A stretch of 64,000 bases of DNA from Orbicella franksi. Lineage: Eukaryota. Where the stretch lies: NCBI GenBank assembly GCA_964199315.1, contig OZ116698.1, positions 7,006,001 through 7,070,000 of the forward strand, given 5' to 3'. Under the pieces are notes generated by a model. That model was not told the DNA's origin, searched no databases, and saw only the letters and a list, made by a program, of their open reading frames with translations. Shown here piece by piece: positions 61,544-64,000 of this stretch. Position numbers and translations under genes: made by a program. Position 1 is the first letter of the stretch, and each line of letters starts with the position of its first letter.

Positions 61544-62524
61544 ATGAACAAGTTTTGGATCGCAATTCTTTTGATGTTTGTTGTTGCATCTCTGTTGATC
61601 GATGACAGGTAATTTTCATAGCATCACGTAAACTGTAGATTCGCTCAGTTTCCTTCCTAAACCTTGGGTTATACGTTTCTTTTTAAAAAGAATTTCTTCC
61701 TTAAACTCCAGATGAGGATTTGTAGAATGTGCTGTATAGCATGCACTGACAATAATGACCTAAAAGGTAATTGGTCAGGAACGCAAGGACTTACTCCTTT
61801 TGTAGTTCAGCCTGCGTCCTTACTTAATGAACCATTTTAATAACGTATTAAGACTCACTTGAAGGTCAAGCGCAGTCCGGGCTACCATTAAAAAGGGAAA
61901 GAGAAAAGATAAAAAAGGGTCGTGGTGATTTCAGACTAGAAAGGACAAAGAAGGACTTTACATCGTATGCTTTCTTTCTTTCAGGGGTAATTTGAAGGGT
62001 TTCAATTAATCTTACATTCGATTTTAAAATATTATATTTTCTAACAAATGGTTAGAAATAAACTGAAGGTTTTTTTTTTATTTATAATTTCTGAAAGAGT
62101 TTCTTTTCGTGTCGAATTTTGGATGTGTATATACTGTCTCTGTCTGTTTGTTTGGCAACCTGAGCTATTTTTTGCTACGATAGTTTCTATAGAGCTGTTT
62201 ATGCGAAACCTTTTGAATCTGCTCCAGAAGCATATCACCTAGATCAAGGTGATAAGCTTATGATCTGCTCTTAACGCTTCTTAACCGGCCAAATCTAGGA
62301 TTTGCTGTAATCTATAGTTGTTGCTTTTATTTTTCAGTGACGCTTGGCGAAGACGGCGTCGACGTCGTCGTAGGGGTAAGATGGACGAAAACGAGATGCC
62401 AGTCTCCGCAGATGTTAGCCAGGAGGAGATTCCAGAAAATGCTAAACAAAGCATCATTGACGCTCTTACTGATCAGGAAGATGAAGCAGAGGAATACGAC
62501 ATTCATCCAAAACACGCCATTTAA
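61544..62524 (+). CDS. Secreted poly-arginine peptide precursor, copy 3 (83 aa, W-R9)
   Basis: Coding exons 61544-61608 and 62338-62524 give MNKFWIAILLMFVVASLLIDDSDA-WRRRRRRRRR-GK-MDENEMPVSADVSQEEIPENAKQSIIDALTDQEDEAEEYDIHPKHAI*. AATAAA at 62651. Confidence 0.88.
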
Positions 62525-64000
62525 AAGAACTGCAGGACATTTTACACAAAGAACTGAAAATATCACGCACATCAAAACTTGACCAAGCTTCGTATATTTG
62601 CACTACCTTAATTTCAATTTTAGTTAGCAAATTGTTAACATATATCTTGAAATAAATGGTCGATAAACGGTTTTTTGTTTGTTTCTGTTTTTTCTGTTTT
62701 CAATTCATCAGAAATTTTCATAACAACTGTCGAAGTTATAACCCTCCCTTATAGGGCTACTCGTTATGGCACAATATGTAGTAATAACTTACACCACTAT
62801 ATGAATAATATAACGAGGTATTTCAAGATTTGGAAAAAACTTAAAACGATCTGGATAAGACTGGGCCTCGAGAAAAACCCAAAGTCTTTTTTATCGCCTA
62901 TTTCCGACGAAAGTGGAAATAAAATTTAAGAGCTGGGTTTTTGAGCTTTTTGTGTTGAAATTTAATGACGAGCTGGTTGAAAAGTGGCGGTAAAATGTGT
63001 AGGGAGATGACAAAATTAGCCGTTAAATTTGGGATTTACATTGATTGTTTTGTTCAATTTTTCAAGTGTGTTATTTCAGCCAAACTGAAAGATTTAGTTT
63101 GAGTGAGGTTTGTCGTGACGTCATGATTACCCAAAAAGCGAGGATAGATGTGAGTGTTTTTTACTGAATCAAGTCGCTTCTTTTAATTCTACGCACGATT
63201 TCGTGTTAAAACGTTGCCACATCACACTTTGAGGTGGTCTTTCCATTGACATGGATTGTTTTATGATGAAGGAAAAATTAAAAATTTCAAACGAGTGTTA
63301 CATACATGATACATATTCTGTTCACGACCCATAGGTCCACAGGTCTACAGGCTTACACCTCCTGCTACATACATGATAGCCATTCTGTCTACATCCCACA
63401 ATTAATTTGCTTTGTTAAGGATGAGCCTTGCTGACCATTGCATTATTGATGTTATCCATACTCACAAATAAAATCTGCATTCCGTTCTTTTATTCCTGTT
63501 GACGACATCGCTCGGCGTAAGTTAATTTAATGAAAAACTTTCTTTTTAATGTTCCGTAAATACAAAGTACCATCAAAAAAGAAGAACCGCCTCGCACCTT
63601 ATCATAGAATTGTAAACCTCTCGGACTTAGTAGACTGCTCCCAGTCTGTTTTTCTCTCGAAATTCAGCAGGGATTATACCGCCCTTTTGCGTTCGCGATA
63701 AATAAACACTGGTCTAAGTGACCCTTAGAGAACACGGCCTCCAGCAGTCTAATTTATGACCCTCAGTCTGTGTAGTTTAGACTGAACATACCACTTCCCT
63801 CTCCTCTGCGAGATTTACCAATAACAAAATGTTGCTTTTTATGAAGCAAGTTCGAACTCGACTCAAGTTCGAGTCCTTTAGTGTTGTTACAAAACAGTTA
63901 ATGATTTGGTGACAGCCATCTGCTGCACGAAATTACGAGTTGTTGTTCAATCTTCCTCTTGGTAACCAGAAATAGTCGTCTGTATTGTGCGTTTCTTGGC

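Larger units (their letters stand above)
49790..63070 (+). repeat. Tandem segmental triplication: units ~49790-54138, ~54940-59576, ~60125-63070
   Basis: Homologous blocks occur in the same order in all three units (gggatattg...gtttaat.gtt, upstream module, TATA, three exons, 3' flank). Start codons are at 52114, 57358 and 61544. Confidence 0.92.

Overview
AT-rich, intron- and repeat-rich animal DNA; the gene set and repeat types point to a cnidarian, probably a stony coral (inference). Genes found: (1) a giant intronless AJM1-like ORF (3091 aa, minus strand) with an N-terminal TM segment, 45-aa tandem repeats and a C-terminal MYND-like/AJM1 domain; (2) a 20-exon GPR107/GPR108-family gene (~648 aa) with a U12-type AT-AC intron next to a GC-AG intron; (3) a 3-exon secreted fibrinogen-related (FReD) protein; (4) a 2-exon class A GPCR with an NRY motif; (5) a tandem array (~49.8-63.1 kb) of three small 3-exon genes that the ORF track misses because the signal peptide lies on a separate 65-nt exon. 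Each encodes an 83-aa precursor: signal peptide, Trp plus 8-9 Arg, a Gly-Lys amidation signal, and a 47-aa acidic tail. This candidate secreted poly-arginine (antimicrobial or cell-penetrating-like) peptide family is the most interesting feature. A Polinton/Maverick polB-plus-terminus relic sits between array units 1 and 2. Many MITEs, SINEs and piggyBac/Kolobok-like elements are scattered throughout. All exon structures were spliced by eye; no database searches were run.
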